Of a stretch of 64,000 bases of DNA, positions 50,778 through 61,200 are shown piece by piece. Origin of the DNA: a virus; IMG/VR virus record IMGVR_UViG_3300031088_000759; one strand, written 5' to 3'. Positions within the stretch are counted from its first letter, which is position 1. Every line of letters starts with the position of its first letter. The notes beneath the pieces are model-generated. The model was not told the origin of the DNA. It searched no databases and saw only the letters and a program-made list of their open reading frames with translations. The translations under genes and the position numbers were made by a program.

Positions 50778-51596
50778 TCACAAATTTTCTAAAGTTTCAA
50801 TAAGCTTCTTAATACTTTCCATTGACTCTTTTGATTCTTTATAAGCATCAGACATCCATTGATCTAAAAATATATCACCAGAATGGCGTCTTGACTCTAA
50901 ATACTCATAAACAGAGGCAACATAGTTATAAGAATCATACAAAGAAGCCAATGAACCACTTTTAGCAGGGAAAACAGGTTTTAAAGAAATTTCTGAAGCT
51001 TTTGGCACATAAGTTTTCATCTTATCTATTGCAACTTCTTTCCTCAAAACTTCTTTAACCTTGAAACCGTAATCTTGCAGTTCAGAAAGATATATAAAAG
51101 ATTTCTTAAAAATAATCATGTTTTTTGAGCTAAAACCCAACCCATTTCGCTTTGAATACACCTTAACCATGGGAAAATTAATTTTTTCATCCAGAGAGGA
51201 GAGCGTAATAACATCATTCTCTTGAATCTCTGATTTATTGTCCACTGGAACAAACTTAACAATTTGTTTCTTGTCTATTTTAGGATGGCGATATTTTGAA
51301 TCAGAACTTCCATAGACTTTTTCTTTATAGAATCTGTCTGATTTGTATACAACCAAATATTCAGGTTGTGAGTACAAAGAAAGATCAGGGTTTCGGTATT
51401 CCATTAATGATGAAATACATTCTGTAGCATCTGCTAAAGCTGCTTCAATTGTGTTTATCTCACGAGATTTTTTATTAGCTGGTCCAGCACCACCAACAAA
51501 TAAACTACCTACTTGAATTTCAGTAGAAAAATAAGTCTTATCTGTGTCATCGTAAAACAAATCTTTCTCTACTATTTTTGCGATGATAGGTATCAT
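50778..51596 (-). CDS. Hypothetical protein
   Basis: GGGAGG RBS inside a 20-bp hairpin. Confidence 0.7.
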   Translation of the reverse strand: MIPIIAKIVEKDLFYDDTDKTYFSTEIQVGSLFVGGAGPANKKSREINTIEAALADATECISSLMEYRNPDLSLYSQPEYLVVYKSDRFYKEKVYGSSDSKYRHPKIDKKQIVKFVPVDNKSEIQENDVITLSSLDEKINFPMVKVYSKRNGLGFSSKNMIIFKKSFIYLSELQDYGFKVKEVLRKEVAIDKMKTYVPKASEISLKPVFPAKSGSLASLYDSYNYVASVYEYLESRRHSGDIFLDQWMSDAYKESKESMESIKKLIETLENL

Positions 51597-51719
51597 AAAA
51601 TTCCTCCCATAGAATGATATATAACATATTCTAGCATATCATTCTATGGGAGGAAAATCAAGTCGTTAAACTAACATTTTACAACTATTATTTATTTTCG
51701 TATAATTATTAAAATTCTA

Positions 51720-52877
51720 TTACGCTTTAGTAGCACAAGTCTTCCCTATGTTTCCTCCGTTTTTCAGTTTAGAACCACAGCGAATACAAAAACCACTACC
51801 ATACACAGTGTTTATTTCTGGTTCAGGGTAAGTGTCAAGAATGTTGTTAGTATCTACTTTTGGTTTATTAACTTGTGTAGTCATTATTCCCAGTTGAGTA
51901 AACATTTGTAAATCTTTGTCTCGATCATCAATTGCTTGAACGATGATTAATCCTTCTTTTTGGAGCTTCTTTACAGTGTCTCTTTTATGCTCACTGCTTG
52001 GTCTATTATCTCCTTCTCGTTTCATTATTAACTGAGAAATTTTCGCACCACTTTTATCTAATGCTTGGATAAGTTCAGAAGCGTAGTCATCACTTCTTCC
52101 AGTTACAGCAACAATAGTTAAATTATCATTATCTCTCATGGAATTTACGAGGTTAAGAACCTTCTTATTTACAGGTGCTTTGACTATATTTTGATAAAAG
52201 CTTCTGAAATCTTTTTTCTTTCCGGGTGTTCCTAAGTATCGTGCAGCATCAGCTTCATTATTGAACAAAGTTCCATCCATATCAAGAATAACTACTGCTT
52301 TTCCTTTTGGTGGGTTTTCGGCTATTTGTCTGTTGTTGAATTCTTTGATTTTTTTCATTCCAACAGTTGTTTTTTCTACTGCAAAAACGGAACCATTGTC
52401 AGCTATGATGAAGTCTTTTAGATGCCCTTCTTTATCATAAGCGTTTTGAGCCATGGAATCAATTACTTCATCAGGGACTCTTCTTCCGCCAGCGTCACCA
52501 CGTGCTTTATTTCTGCGTTTACATTCGTCTACAGGAACATCTACATGTACTTGTTCAATCTCAGCATTATACTTACGTGCTAGATCTACAAGTGGCTTGA
52601 CTCGCCTCGGGTTAAGGTTTGTGTCATCTACAATAACAGTTTTTCCCTCACGAAGAGACTTTTTGATAATCTCTTGTTGAACGTGTGAAACGTTGTTTTC
52701 TACATCTTTACGAGGAGATCCTTTATGGTATTTTTCTCCTTCGGGAGCAAGAATAGTTCTAAGGTCATCACGATTCGCACGAACAATATTCTGAGGATCA
52801 TCTTCTAACATTTTTAAAGCCTGAGTTGTTTTGCCACTTCCAGGCAAGCCGTGAGTAATAACTACTTTTCCTGACAT
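51720..52877 (-). CDS. pseT: Polynucleotide kinase/phosphatase (T4 PseT-like)
   Basis: GLPGSGKT, RDDLR, DDTN; HAD motif DMDGT, TGR, DDR. Confidence 0.9.
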   Translation of the reverse strand: MSGKVVITHGLPGSGKTTQALKMLEDDPQNIVRANRDDLRTILAPEGEKYHKGSPRKDVENNVSHVQQEIIKKSLREGKTVIVDDTNLNPRRVKPLVDLARKYNAEIEQVHVDVPVDECKRRNKARGDAGGRRVPDEVIDSMAQNAYDKEGHLKDFIIADNGSVFAVEKTTVGMKKIKEFNNRQIAENPPKGKAVVILDMDGTLFNNEADAARYLGTPGKKKDFRSFYQNIVKAPVNKKVLNLVNSMRDNDNLTIVAVTGRSDDYASELIQALDKSGAKISQLIMKREGDNRPSSEHKRDTVKKLQKEGLIIVQAIDDRDKDLQMFTQLGIMTTQVNKPKVDTNNILDTYPEPEINTVYGSGFCIRCGSKLKNGGNIGKTCATKA

Positions 52878-52924
52878 TTCTTATCTCCGTGTGTTCATTG
52901 ATTAATGTTTACCATATTTGTATA

Positions 52925-53296
52925 TTAAAAAGCATTTAAGATTTTTCTCATTTTTCGAACTCTTGTTTTCTCAGGCTCATTAATCGGATAAATCATATGG
53001 TCATGTTTTTTAATAAAATCTTGTTCAAGGTTTTTATGTTTTTGTTTTTGTTTAAAAGCTTTTAAATCAGCAATAGCTTTTTCTTTTCCTGTTAGCTCTT
53101 TTGATTGAGCTGCTTTTCTCGCTGATAGAGATTTTTTTGTAGCTGAAACAATATGTCCATTCTCTTCAAACATTCTTTTTTCGTAAAATCTTTGAGCATC
53201 AGAAATATTGTCAAAGTGAGATACAGGTTTACCATATTTACAAGTTCCTATTGTTGCTGTACATGGTTTAGGACCATCTGGTGTTATATGATACAT
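52925..53296 (-). CDS. HCCH-tag hypothetical protein
   Basis: YHITP..C..C..HF. Confidence 0.8.
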   Translation of the reverse strand: MYHITPDGPKPCTATIGTCKYGKPVSHFDNISDAQRFYEKRMFEENGHIVSATKKSLSARKAAQSKELTGKEKAIADLKAFKQKQKHKNLEQDFIKKHDHMIYPINEPEKTRVRKMRKILNAF

Positions 53297-53351
53297 TAAA
53301 ACTCCCTACAAAAATGCTTGATAAAATAAAGTGCATACTTTTGTTTCTAAA

Positions 53352-53717
53352 TCAAATATCTAGCTTATTCATCACACTTAATCGCCAATTTACAAAACTT
53401 CCAACAACTGAAATCAATTCGGCATCACTGAGAGCGTAAACTTCGGAGTTTTTGTTTTCGTCTTCATCAGAACTTATCGTAATACTTCCATCAGGTGCTA
53501 TAAAAAAGTCTAACCCAAAGAGAGACAGAGAGACACCTTCAGGTTTCCAAGCGTTTTTGAATTTGGAAAGAATCAGAGATAACTCACTAATCTCGTAAAC
53601 CCTATAAGTTGTTCCACCTATATCACGAGTGTCAAATTCTCCATGATCACGTATAGCAATCACTAGTCTTTTAAAAGTTTCTTTCGTCAGCATAGTTTCA
53701 TAACGCCGTTCTCTCAA
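53352..53717 (-). CDS. Hypothetical protein
   Basis: ORF track. Confidence 0.6.
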   Translation of the reverse strand: MRERRYETMLTKETFKRLVIAIRDHGEFDTRDIGGTTYRVYEISELSLILSKFKNAWKPEGVSLSLFGLDFFIAPDGSITISSDEDENKNSEVYALSDAELISVVGSFVNWRLSVMNKLDI

Positions 53718-53833
53718 GGAAAAATGCTATCAATAATATCATCTATTTAAAATATTCTACCAAAAAATAGAATTAACCAAAGCATATTCTAAAACGCTTT
53801 GGTTAATTCTATTTTGAAATATTTGTATTTTTA

Positions 53834-54388
53834 TCAAGATGTTCCAAATGGTTTAACTTCGCCATTTTCATCTTCAACATTTGAATATACTAAATCTTCT
53901 GGATTACCTTGGTTTTCTGATAGAAGAACATCTTCCTCATGTAGCTGACTATCGTGTTCATCAAGATCAGAACCTTCATCCAGTGAGGAAACATAATCAT
54001 CTTCAGCTGAAAGCGATTCATTCTCTGTTATCAAATTTTCGTTTGCTCTTTCATGATCAGAGCTTGTATCATCTAAACCGGCATAACTGTCATTTAGTGC
54101 TGTATAATCGTCTACTGAATTAATTTCCTGATTCAGATCATAATCAGTTTCTAACCTTTCTACACTATCCTCTTCTGGAATTGAATCAGAAAGACTCTCT
54201 TCTTCAATTCTTTCATTATGCGGATCATGTGCTGAAGCGTCATACGTATCCTGATTTAATCCAGAATCATTACTATCAGAATTTAAAGCATCAGTATTAT
54301 GTTGTTCTGTCGAGTCATTACCTAGATCGTTTTTTATTTCATCTAGTTTGTTTGTCAATGTTTCTTTAAGATTGTCAAAAGTGCTCAT
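53834..54388 (-). CDS. Very acidic low-complexity protein
   Basis: D/E/S/N-rich; AGGAG RBS. Confidence 0.7.
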   Translation of the reverse strand: MSTFDNLKETLTNKLDEIKNDLGNDSTEQHNTDALNSDSNDSGLNQDTYDASAHDPHNERIEEESLSDSIPEEDSVERLETDYDLNQEINSVDDYTALNDSYAGLDDTSSDHERANENLITENESLSAEDDYVSSLDEGSDLDEHDSQLHEEDVLLSENQGNPEDLVYSNVEDENGEVKPFGTS

Positions 54389-54530
54389 TAGAACCAACTC
54401 CTGTTATATCATCATGCGCTTATATATGTATAAACAACAACACATAAGAACATTTTTTATTACTTCGCTTTTATGCTAATATGTGTTAATCTTTTAATAT
54501 CACAAAAAGATAACTTTTATTTTGAATGAT

Positions 54531-54833
54531 TCAGTTTTGTTGTTTTCCATCTAAAAATATTTTTACATGTTCTGGGATAATAGTTCCATCATCATATGTG
54601 ATTATTTGTTTAACTGGTGAAAGATCTCTTGTACAAATCATTCCGGTATAGTCTTTTGTTGTTAAGTGTATCTCATTTCCTGTTTGTTCAACGTTTTCAA
54701 TTATTGGTGGACAAGAAGAACTTCCACGTGATACGTAAACAATTTTACCATCTTCTATATATGCTTTATTATGAGGTAGCATTTTATCTTCCGTGATGTC
54801 TACTCTTTTGATCTTAAAAACTTTGCTATTCAT
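54531..54833 (-). CDS. Hypothetical protein with GSSSCPP..CTRD motif
   Basis: ORF track, RBS. Confidence 0.7.
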   Translation of the reverse strand: MNSKVFKIKRVDITEDKMLPHNKAYIEDGKIVYVSRGSSSCPPIIENVEQTGNEIHLTTKDYTGMICTRDLSPVKQIITYDDGTIIPEHVKIFLDGKQQN

Positions 54834-54852
54834 TTTTCTTTCCTTTCAAAAA

Positions 54853-56061
54853 TCAAAGCATAACAATGTGCGGTTTAAATGTTGAATGCAATCCCAATAG
54901 AGGCATCTTAGTTTCTTGTATTCCTAAACCAGCTAAATTTCCAGCTACTGTAAAGAAACTAAGATACACAAAATGATTATTTCCGTCTTCTTCTTTATAT
55001 CTTTTTGGTATTTCAAGTTTTCGATATACCATGTTCTTTTGATTTTTGAAATCTTTTACATCTTCCGCCCAGGATGTAAAACGACGACCTTTTAAAATAC
55101 CTAGTTCATTTCTAGATACAGATGATGACAAAGGTGCAGCTACAATGTCATTTCCCAATTTCTTTGAACGAGACATAGATGATGGGGATATAAGGGCTGA
55201 TCTAGGATATAGTTCATGCAAAGCGGGCAACATAGCACGATTGCCTAAGATTGTCTTCCATGATGGTTCAAAAGTTTTTTCTAATCTTCCACTATGGGCA
55301 ATGAAGTCTCTTGTGATTCCATGCGATAATAGCATTTCCCAGGGAAATTGTTTATAGATGTTAGTGATGTTATCACCTTTTCCATCATGCCAAATTCCTT
55401 GGTTTTTATCCCACTCAAGGTCTTTCAGCCTTACACGTCCCACATTCCATCCACCTTTTTCAGCTAATCCTTTAACTAATGATGAAACAATCCAATCACG
55501 TCCCCGAGAAGCTGTATTGTCAAGTATATGCATGTTTCCGGTCTTTGACATATCATTTAATTGCTGGAAAGCGTTTATTGTCATTTCTGGGATAGAATTT
55601 AGCTGAGTTATTTTGTGTTGTTTAGCTTTTTGGGAAAATTTGTCCCATAACCATGCCCTTTGAGATTGCGCTGCCTCTACAAACATTCTTGGAGCATCAG
55701 CGTCAATATTAACCAGCTTTACTTGACCATTTCCTAAATATGCAAAATCATACCTAGTAAACATTTCAATTTCTTGATCATCAAAACTATTTCTAGCATA
55801 TTCAAAAACTGGTCTTGTTAAACCTAATGTTCCCCATTCACCATCCAGTAAAAAGTCTACTGCTTCACGACTCATCTGAGTTATAGCTGACACTTTATCA
55901 AGTATTGTATCTACTTCGTTCTTTGTAATGATATAAGCTGAACTTTCATCCCAGGTTCTATAGCTTTCCCCATTTTCAAGCGTTCTTTCTACGCGAAAAA
56001 CACCTGATTCATGCGCTTTATCATCGCTGTTATCGCGCAACGCTACGGGGACTCTTTTCAT
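54853..56061 (-). CDS. Glutathionylspermidine synthase-like ATP-grasp protein (divergent)
   Basis: WDES..RYDFAY..IYK.FPWE..EPSWK. Confidence 0.8.
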   Translation of the reverse strand: MKRVPVALRDNSDDKAHESGVFRVERTLENGESYRTWDESSAYIITKNEVDTILDKVSAITQMSREAVDFLLDGEWGTLGLTRPVFEYARNSFDDQEIEMFTRYDFAYLGNGQVKLVNIDADAPRMFVEAAQSQRAWLWDKFSQKAKQHKITQLNSIPEMTINAFQQLNDMSKTGNMHILDNTASRGRDWIVSSLVKGLAEKGGWNVGRVRLKDLEWDKNQGIWHDGKGDNITNIYKQFPWEMLLSHGITRDFIAHSGRLEKTFEPSWKTILGNRAMLPALHELYPRSALISPSSMSRSKKLGNDIVAAPLSSSVSRNELGILKGRRFTSWAEDVKDFKNQKNMVYRKLEIPKRYKEEDGNNHFVYLSFFTVAGNLAGLGIQETKMPLLGLHSTFKPHIVML

Positions 56062-56296
56062 TGAAACAACTTTCTCTAATCGTATCCAATAACAATATTA
56101 CTACATTAATATCTTTAAAGATATTTTCTAAACTACTGAGTGCTCTTCTCAAAAAACAGCACAATCAAAATCTTAACAAAGTAATTATACAATAGAATTA
56201 TTCTATCAAAAATAACACAAAAGAAACCGCTGAACCAAGGAGAAAGTTCAGCGGTTTCTATCAGGAGAAAACTATGTCAATTATTTAATTTTATTT

Positions 56297-56641
56297 TCAA
56301 ACACGTTCCGCATTTGAAGATGCTTCAGCAAATTCTTTAACAATAACAGGTGAAGGAACTTTACCGAAACGATTATGATTCAGGCTAACATCAAGATCAA
56401 GGCTTCTGCTATTATGAACAGCACCAGCTGAACGACGTTTGTCCCGAGGTGATAAACCATGATCACGACGACCACGCTTCATAGTTGAAAGTGTATCAAA
56501 GCGATCTTGAAGAACTTGCTCTGCTTTCACAGTTGCTTCTACTTTATCAGTAAAATGACGGTCGCTTCCAAACTCACAAAGACGTTGAGAAGCCACACAA
56601 CGAAGGACACGTCCATCATCTGTAACATGTAATTTACTCAT
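56297..56641 (-). CDS. HCCH-tag hypothetical protein
   Basis: LHVTD..C..C..HF. Confidence 0.8.
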   Translation of the reverse strand: MSKLHVTDDGRVLRCVASQRLCEFGSDRHFTDKVEATVKAEQVLQDRFDTLSTMKRGRRDHGLSPRDKRRSAGAVHNSRSLDLDVSLNHNRFGKVPSPVIVKEFAEASSNAERV

Positions 56642-56949
56642 TTGATTCTCCTTTTAATACTGCTTTACAACAATAAACCTGGTTTAACATTATATAATAT
56701 CAATATTTCTAAACAATTTTTTTAAAAATTTTAGTATGATACAAACATTTTTCAAAAGTTATCCACATAACATCAAAAAAATACGGTAAAACCTTAACAA
56801 ATTGAATACATATTTTTTTGAAAATGTGGAAAAAAATGAGGATAAAAAATTACTTTAATCTTTTCTTCAATAAAAGAACACATCAAACTGTAAAAATTTT
56901 AAAAAGGATAGCCAGTATAGTTAGGCTTGAAAAAACTTGTAATTCAACC

Positions 56950-57984
56950 TCATGTTCTTGCGAAATTTCTCAATGAAAATGTTTTAGCTTCAAAGCGCAT
57001 TTTAATATCTTTGCTAATCCAATGACTCTTTTTATCAACGCTACCAGGTGGCACAAGTATATATTCTTGATTGAATTCTTCAAGTAGATCAATCCAAAAC
57101 TTTAAAGAGGATTCTCGCTTATTACCGCCGTATCTCAAAGGATCTTTTACCAAAGGAATATTGTCAGGCAAAAGATAATATACATCAGCTTCAAAATTTA
57201 AAGCATCCTTAACTAATTGTTCTGGAACAGGTTCATTCATAATACGATAATAGCCTATTGTGCTAAACAAATCTGTGTCAAAGACCAACGCCGGATGCGA
57301 AGCTTTATAAGAAAATAAATTTTGAAGAGAATTCTGTCCCAAATGAATGTGGTTCATTTTCTTCATAGACAATTCAGCTCCAACTTCTTCAAGATAAGGC
57401 CGAGCATATTCAACAATCCAAGGAATGTTTAAAATGCTGCTCACTTCGCAAGAAAGCGTAGTTTTACCTACTGATTCTTGACCAAACATTACAGCTTTGA
57501 ACAGTAGTTTTCTTTGTATTAAAGGTAGAATATTGTCCCAGTTGTTCCATATGTCTTCTCTTACAGAAGTGCTTTTAGTTTTATTATGGAATCTAGATAT
57601 GTCATAAGGGATGAAGTCAGCTTCCAGGGATTCAGCAACACTTTTACCATAAGACTCAGAAGCAACAACATAATCCCATTTCTCAACATTAGGGAAATTT
57701 TTATTAATTTCATTTCGCCACCATTCCCAAAAACCAACTTTCATATCAGAAGGGTTTTGAGGAGCATCATCATTAGTAGAGTACTTTATCTGAACATTAT
57801 CAAAACTTTTTATCGAATATTCTTTTAATGCCTCAACTCTTAAATAGCCTTCTAGTGGTTCGAACGTTCTGCTATTAACAAGAACATGAACTTGTGTATC
57901 AGCGAAATTTTTAGCAAAATTTATCAGATCAGCATGACCCGTAGTAGGTAAAAGAGCTGTCATAAGAATAATAGTATTTTTCAT
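56950..57984 (-). CDS. nadR: NadR-like NMN adenylyltransferase/nicotinamide riboside kinase
   Basis: PTTGH, SESYG, GQESVGKTT, EYARPY, DTD, DPLR. Confidence 0.9.
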   Translation of the reverse strand: MKNTIILMTALLPTTGHADLINFAKNFADTQVHVLVNSRTFEPLEGYLRVEALKEYSIKSFDNVQIKYSTNDDAPQNPSDMKVGFWEWWRNEINKNFPNVEKWDYVVASESYGKSVAESLEADFIPYDISRFHNKTKSTSVREDIWNNWDNILPLIQRKLLFKAVMFGQESVGKTTLSCEVSSILNIPWIVEYARPYLEEVGAELSMKKMNHIHLGQNSLQNLFSYKASHPALVFDTDLFSTIGYYRIMNEPVPEQLVKDALNFEADVYYLLPDNIPLVKDPLRYGGNKRESSLKFWIDLLEEFNQEYILVPPGSVDKKSHWISKDIKMRFEAKTFSLRNFART

Positions 57985-58697
57985 AGTTTGCCTTCTCCTT
58001 CAAAAGGTGTTCCTGCTACAGAGGTAGCAATATTCACTGTTTCAACTTCTTGCGGATTTTGATTCATGGTTTTTCGCCATTGAAAATAAGCAAAGATAGC
58101 GTTGAACAAAAACAGCATGAATTGAGCGGCTAGAAGATACAATCCGCTTTCAAAATACACATAGACAGAAACAATATTAACTAAGACCCATACAATCCAA
58201 GTTTCAATCTTTTTGCGATCTAACAGGAATTGAGCAAGAACTGTTCCGACTAAGAGCCACCCGTCAAGAGCAACCATATTGCCACCAAAGCTTGTAATGA
58301 TGAAGTAAGCACCAGTCCATGTCAATGCTGTGAAAAATATGTAAAGAACAATTTTCTTAGGCTGAACATGTTGAACAGGTTTAGGGTTAGTGTCTCTCCC
58401 CCACATAAACCAACCTATAATGACAGTAGGAATAAGGTATATGTTAAGAGCCATGGACCCATATAATCCAGCTTGGTAAAAAGTAATAACCAATAAAGTT
58501 GTAGAAACAACCCCTAAAACATAGTTAAATCTAACTTGTCTAGTGCAAAGCCATGTGCATGCAAAAGAAAAGAAAACAGAAGCAGTCTCAATCCAATTTA
58601 TTTTTTCATTCATCAGTGTCATTGCTAAGAGCAAAACGCCTGTAATAGCAAAAGCAATAATAAAAGACTCTAAAATATAGCGTTTAGTAAGTATCAT
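57981..58697 (-). CDS. pnuC: Nicotinamide riboside transporter PnuC
   Basis: Multi-TM, AQFLLDRKKIETW.VW..VN. Confidence 0.9.
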   Translation of the reverse strand: MILTKRYILESFIIAFAITGVLLLAMTLMNEKINWIETASVFFSFACTWLCTRQVRFNYVLGVVSTTLLVITFYQAGLYGSMALNIYLIPTVIIGWFMWGRDTNPKPVQHVQPKKIVLYIFFTALTWTGAYFIITSFGGNMVALDGWLLVGTVLAQFLLDRKKIETWIVWVLVNIVSVYVYFESGLYLLAAQFMLFLFNAIFAYFQWRKTMNQNPQEVETVNIATSVAGTPFEGEGKL

Positions 58698-58703
58698 TTT
58701 TTT

Positions 58704-58739
58704 CTCCTTGTTCTTCAACCGGCGTAAGAGCAACCCGGT
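58704..58739 (-). promoter_or_regulatory. Mini-NAD+-II-like riboswitch, copy 2, on the pnuC SD
   Basis: ACCGG-GTT-GCTCTT-ACG-CCGGT-TGAAGAAC-AAGGAG. Confidence 0.75.
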
Positions 58740-58921
58740 AATTTAAATATAAACTTTCTTACAAAATAACAACAAGAATATTTTTATATCAATGCTGCTA
58801 TGCTTAAAAACATTATAACACATTAAATATCAAAGTGATACTTAAAAGTAAATAAAAATTTTGGAACCCGGAATTATAATCCTGAGTTCCAAAATAATAA
58901 GAGTGCAATTAAGCAACAAAA

Positions 58922-59455
58922 TTATTCTTTGCTCTGTTCTTGAACAATCAGAGGTGATGAAGAACCATAGTTATTTAAAGAATTAACTCTATACTTCAAC
59001 AACTCTTCATAAAACTTCTTGGTTCCTAGCCCTACCATTAAAGCTATAATTGAAACTATCATACCTAGAATGTTAAGAACAGAAAGCAGAATCAATCCAA
59101 CTCCGCCCCATATACTACCGCTCATAGCGCTTAAATAAGACAAGAACAAGAATGAAGAAACAATAGCTTCTACGATTAACAAATTTTTTGCTAAATCTTT
59201 TGTAAAAGACTTTTGGCTTCTATGTAAAACTTCCACAGCTTTCGTCCTTAAATATGTAAAAGGAAAGAGGGTAAAAACTGCAGAAATAACAAGCAGAAAC
59301 ATGGCTACTGGTCCTACAAATCTAAAATCTACATTATTGCCAACATTAGATGATAGAGCTATAAAAGCCACGCCGAGAGAAGAGGCAAAAATCACAAGCG
59401 TATGAATTATAGAATAACGTAGTCGTTTTTGTGTAATATATTTAAAAATATTCAT
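58922..59455 (-). CDS. Four-TM membrane protein
   Basis: Hydrophobic segments, RBS. Confidence 0.75.
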   Translation of the reverse strand: MNIFKYITQKRLRYSIIHTLVIFASSLGVAFIALSSNVGNNVDFRFVGPVAMFLLVISAVFTLFPFTYLRTKAVEVLHRSQKSFTKDLAKNLLIVEAIVSSFLFLSYLSAMSGSIWGGVGLILLSVLNILGMIVSIIALMVGLGTKKFYEELLKYRVNSLNNYGSSSPLIVQEQSKE

Positions 59456-59525
59456 AAATCTTCCTCTCCTGCTTTTTCCATCGTATATTATTAATATCTT
59501 AAAACTGTTTATAATAAAAATTAAC

Positions 59526-60275
59526 TTAATTTGCTAAAATTTCTTTAAAACTAGACACTGTGCTCTCTGTGGTGTCTCTAAGAGCTGCAACAGAAACCAT
59601 TTTATTCCTCACAACTTCTACTTTTTCAATTTCGCCATTTTTCTTATTCAAATATTCCACAGTTTGTTCAAATGGCTTTCGAACGATGAGCCTACCATTA
59701 AAAAATGTTTCAGGAAGTTTTTCAAATTCTGTTCCAATAAGAAGTTCAGTTCTTTTACTAGTAGAAACATTCAACAGTTCTTTGTGGCTGAATAAACTTT
59801 CAGCTGCCATAGTGATAGCGTTCTTTCTAGCGTCCAGTCTCCTCCAGTCCATGTACTCTTGAACTTCTTCTAAGTCTTGAAGCCGAAAAATTCTCGCATC
59901 AAAGACAGGGATTCCTTGACAGTTTGGTTCGGATTTAAGAAACGCACCTGTTGCTAGCGAAGCAGAAGTAGAAAGAATTTTTTCAATTTTGCCATCAAAA
60001 AGAAATTGATTCTTAGGTCCCCATTTATCTGTAAAGAAAATTGTAATCTCATCAGATTGAACGTAGCCAAACATAGCACCCGTAATAAGGTTATTCATCA
60101 AACTAATAGCAGTTTGATCCATAGTATTCATAAAACCTTCGTCAAAAGGGCGATTGTACTGTTTAGTAAAAGTGTGAAAAGATTTACCATCCAGACGAAT
60201 TCCAATTATAGATTGAGCTGGTAGCCTGCTTCTGAAGTCTGATTCAAGACTTTTAAACTTTTCATTCATCTTCAT
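59526..60275 (-). CDS. thg1: tRNA(His) guanylyltransferase/Thg1-like protein
   Basis: RLDGKSFHTFT, QSDE, FDGKIEK, FDAR, WRRLDA. Confidence 0.9.
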   Translation of the reverse strand: MKMNEKFKSLESDFRSRLPAQSIIGIRLDGKSFHTFTKQYNRPFDEGFMNTMDQTAISLMNNLITGAMFGYVQSDEITIFFTDKWGPKNQFLFDGKIEKILSTSASLATGAFLKSEPNCQGIPVFDARIFRLQDLEEVQEYMDWRRLDARKNAITMAAESLFSHKELLNVSTSKRTELLIGTEFEKLPETFFNGRLIVRKPFEQTVEYLNKKNGEIEKVEVVRNKMVSVAALRDTTESTVSSFKEILAN

Positions 60276-60318
60276 GGCTCAAAACTTTCTATTGTATCCG
60301 TATAGTGCTCTGATTTTA

Positions 60319-60981
60319 TCAATCCCACCAAATGTATTTTTCAACTTCTTCATAAATAACTTCATCATTCACAAAATCGTCTTTTTCCATCAATTCTTCA
60401 TACTCTTCACCCAGAGTGTTATAAGTGTTAGCAATCTTTTTCAGATTTGCCTTGCGATTTGTTTTAGAGTGTTTAACTCTACCATTCCCCCAGCCCCAGC
60501 CTGAACGGTATTCTTTCTTATCATAAAAATACACATCAGGAACACAAGAAGCAATTTTCCCATTGCTTTTATCAACAAAACTATGAGGGTCGAAATCCTT
60601 AGCATCAACACATTTTTCAGATTGTACTCGTTTTCTCTCATATTCCACTTCGATATGAAAAGCAATCTTTTTAGGTTCGTAGCCAATAATGGATCGAGTG
60701 TAAAACCCTAAGCGTGGATTATATACGGCTTTTGTAAGAGGGTAGCCTGGCTCTTCTTCGATAGTGTATTCAAATTCTTGCTCATCCAAAGCTTTTTTAT
60801 AAGCAAAAATGGATGCACTATCTTTTTTATAAAACTTTACTTTTTCAATTCGTGTGTAAGTTTTTGAACTATTTTGATCAATAGTCCAAAAATGGTGATC
60901 AAACCCGTGCTCAAAATGACCATCTTGCATTTTGTGCAGCTGTTTGACACGATAAGGTAAATCTTTATATGTTCGTGACAT
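60319..60981 (-). CDS. Hypothetical protein with a structured leader
   Basis: AAGGAG RBS. Confidence 0.75.
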   Translation of the reverse strand: MSRTYKDLPYRVKQLHKMQDGHFEHGFDHHFWTIDQNSSKTYTRIEKVKFYKKDSASIFAYKKALDEQEFEYTIEEEPGYPLTKAVYNPRLGFYTRSIIGYEPKKIAFHIEVEYERKRVQSEKCVDAKDFDPHSFVDKSNGKIASCVPDVYFYDKKEYRSGWGWGNGRVKHSKTNRKANLKKIANTYNTLGEEYEELMEKDDFVNDEVIYEEVEKYIWWD

Positions 60982-61200
60982 TGTATTAGTCTCCTTAACT
61001 ATAATAAGCTAAGAAAGTCAATGTTTCTCATTGTGAAAAACACAGCTTAGCTTATTCAGAAGGAGTTAAGCGCATAATAATTCATAAAATCCAGCCTTTC
61101 AAAGTAGTTTTATATATTATATCTTATCCAATAGTCTTTGTCAAATAAAAGATTAGCGCAACAGGATTTTAAACTGTTGCGCTAATCTTAACATTTATTT

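Noticed and set aside
37508-60686. Antisense or nested ORFs within ligA, helicases, pseT, nadR and thg1
   Set aside because: They are shadows of well-supported genes
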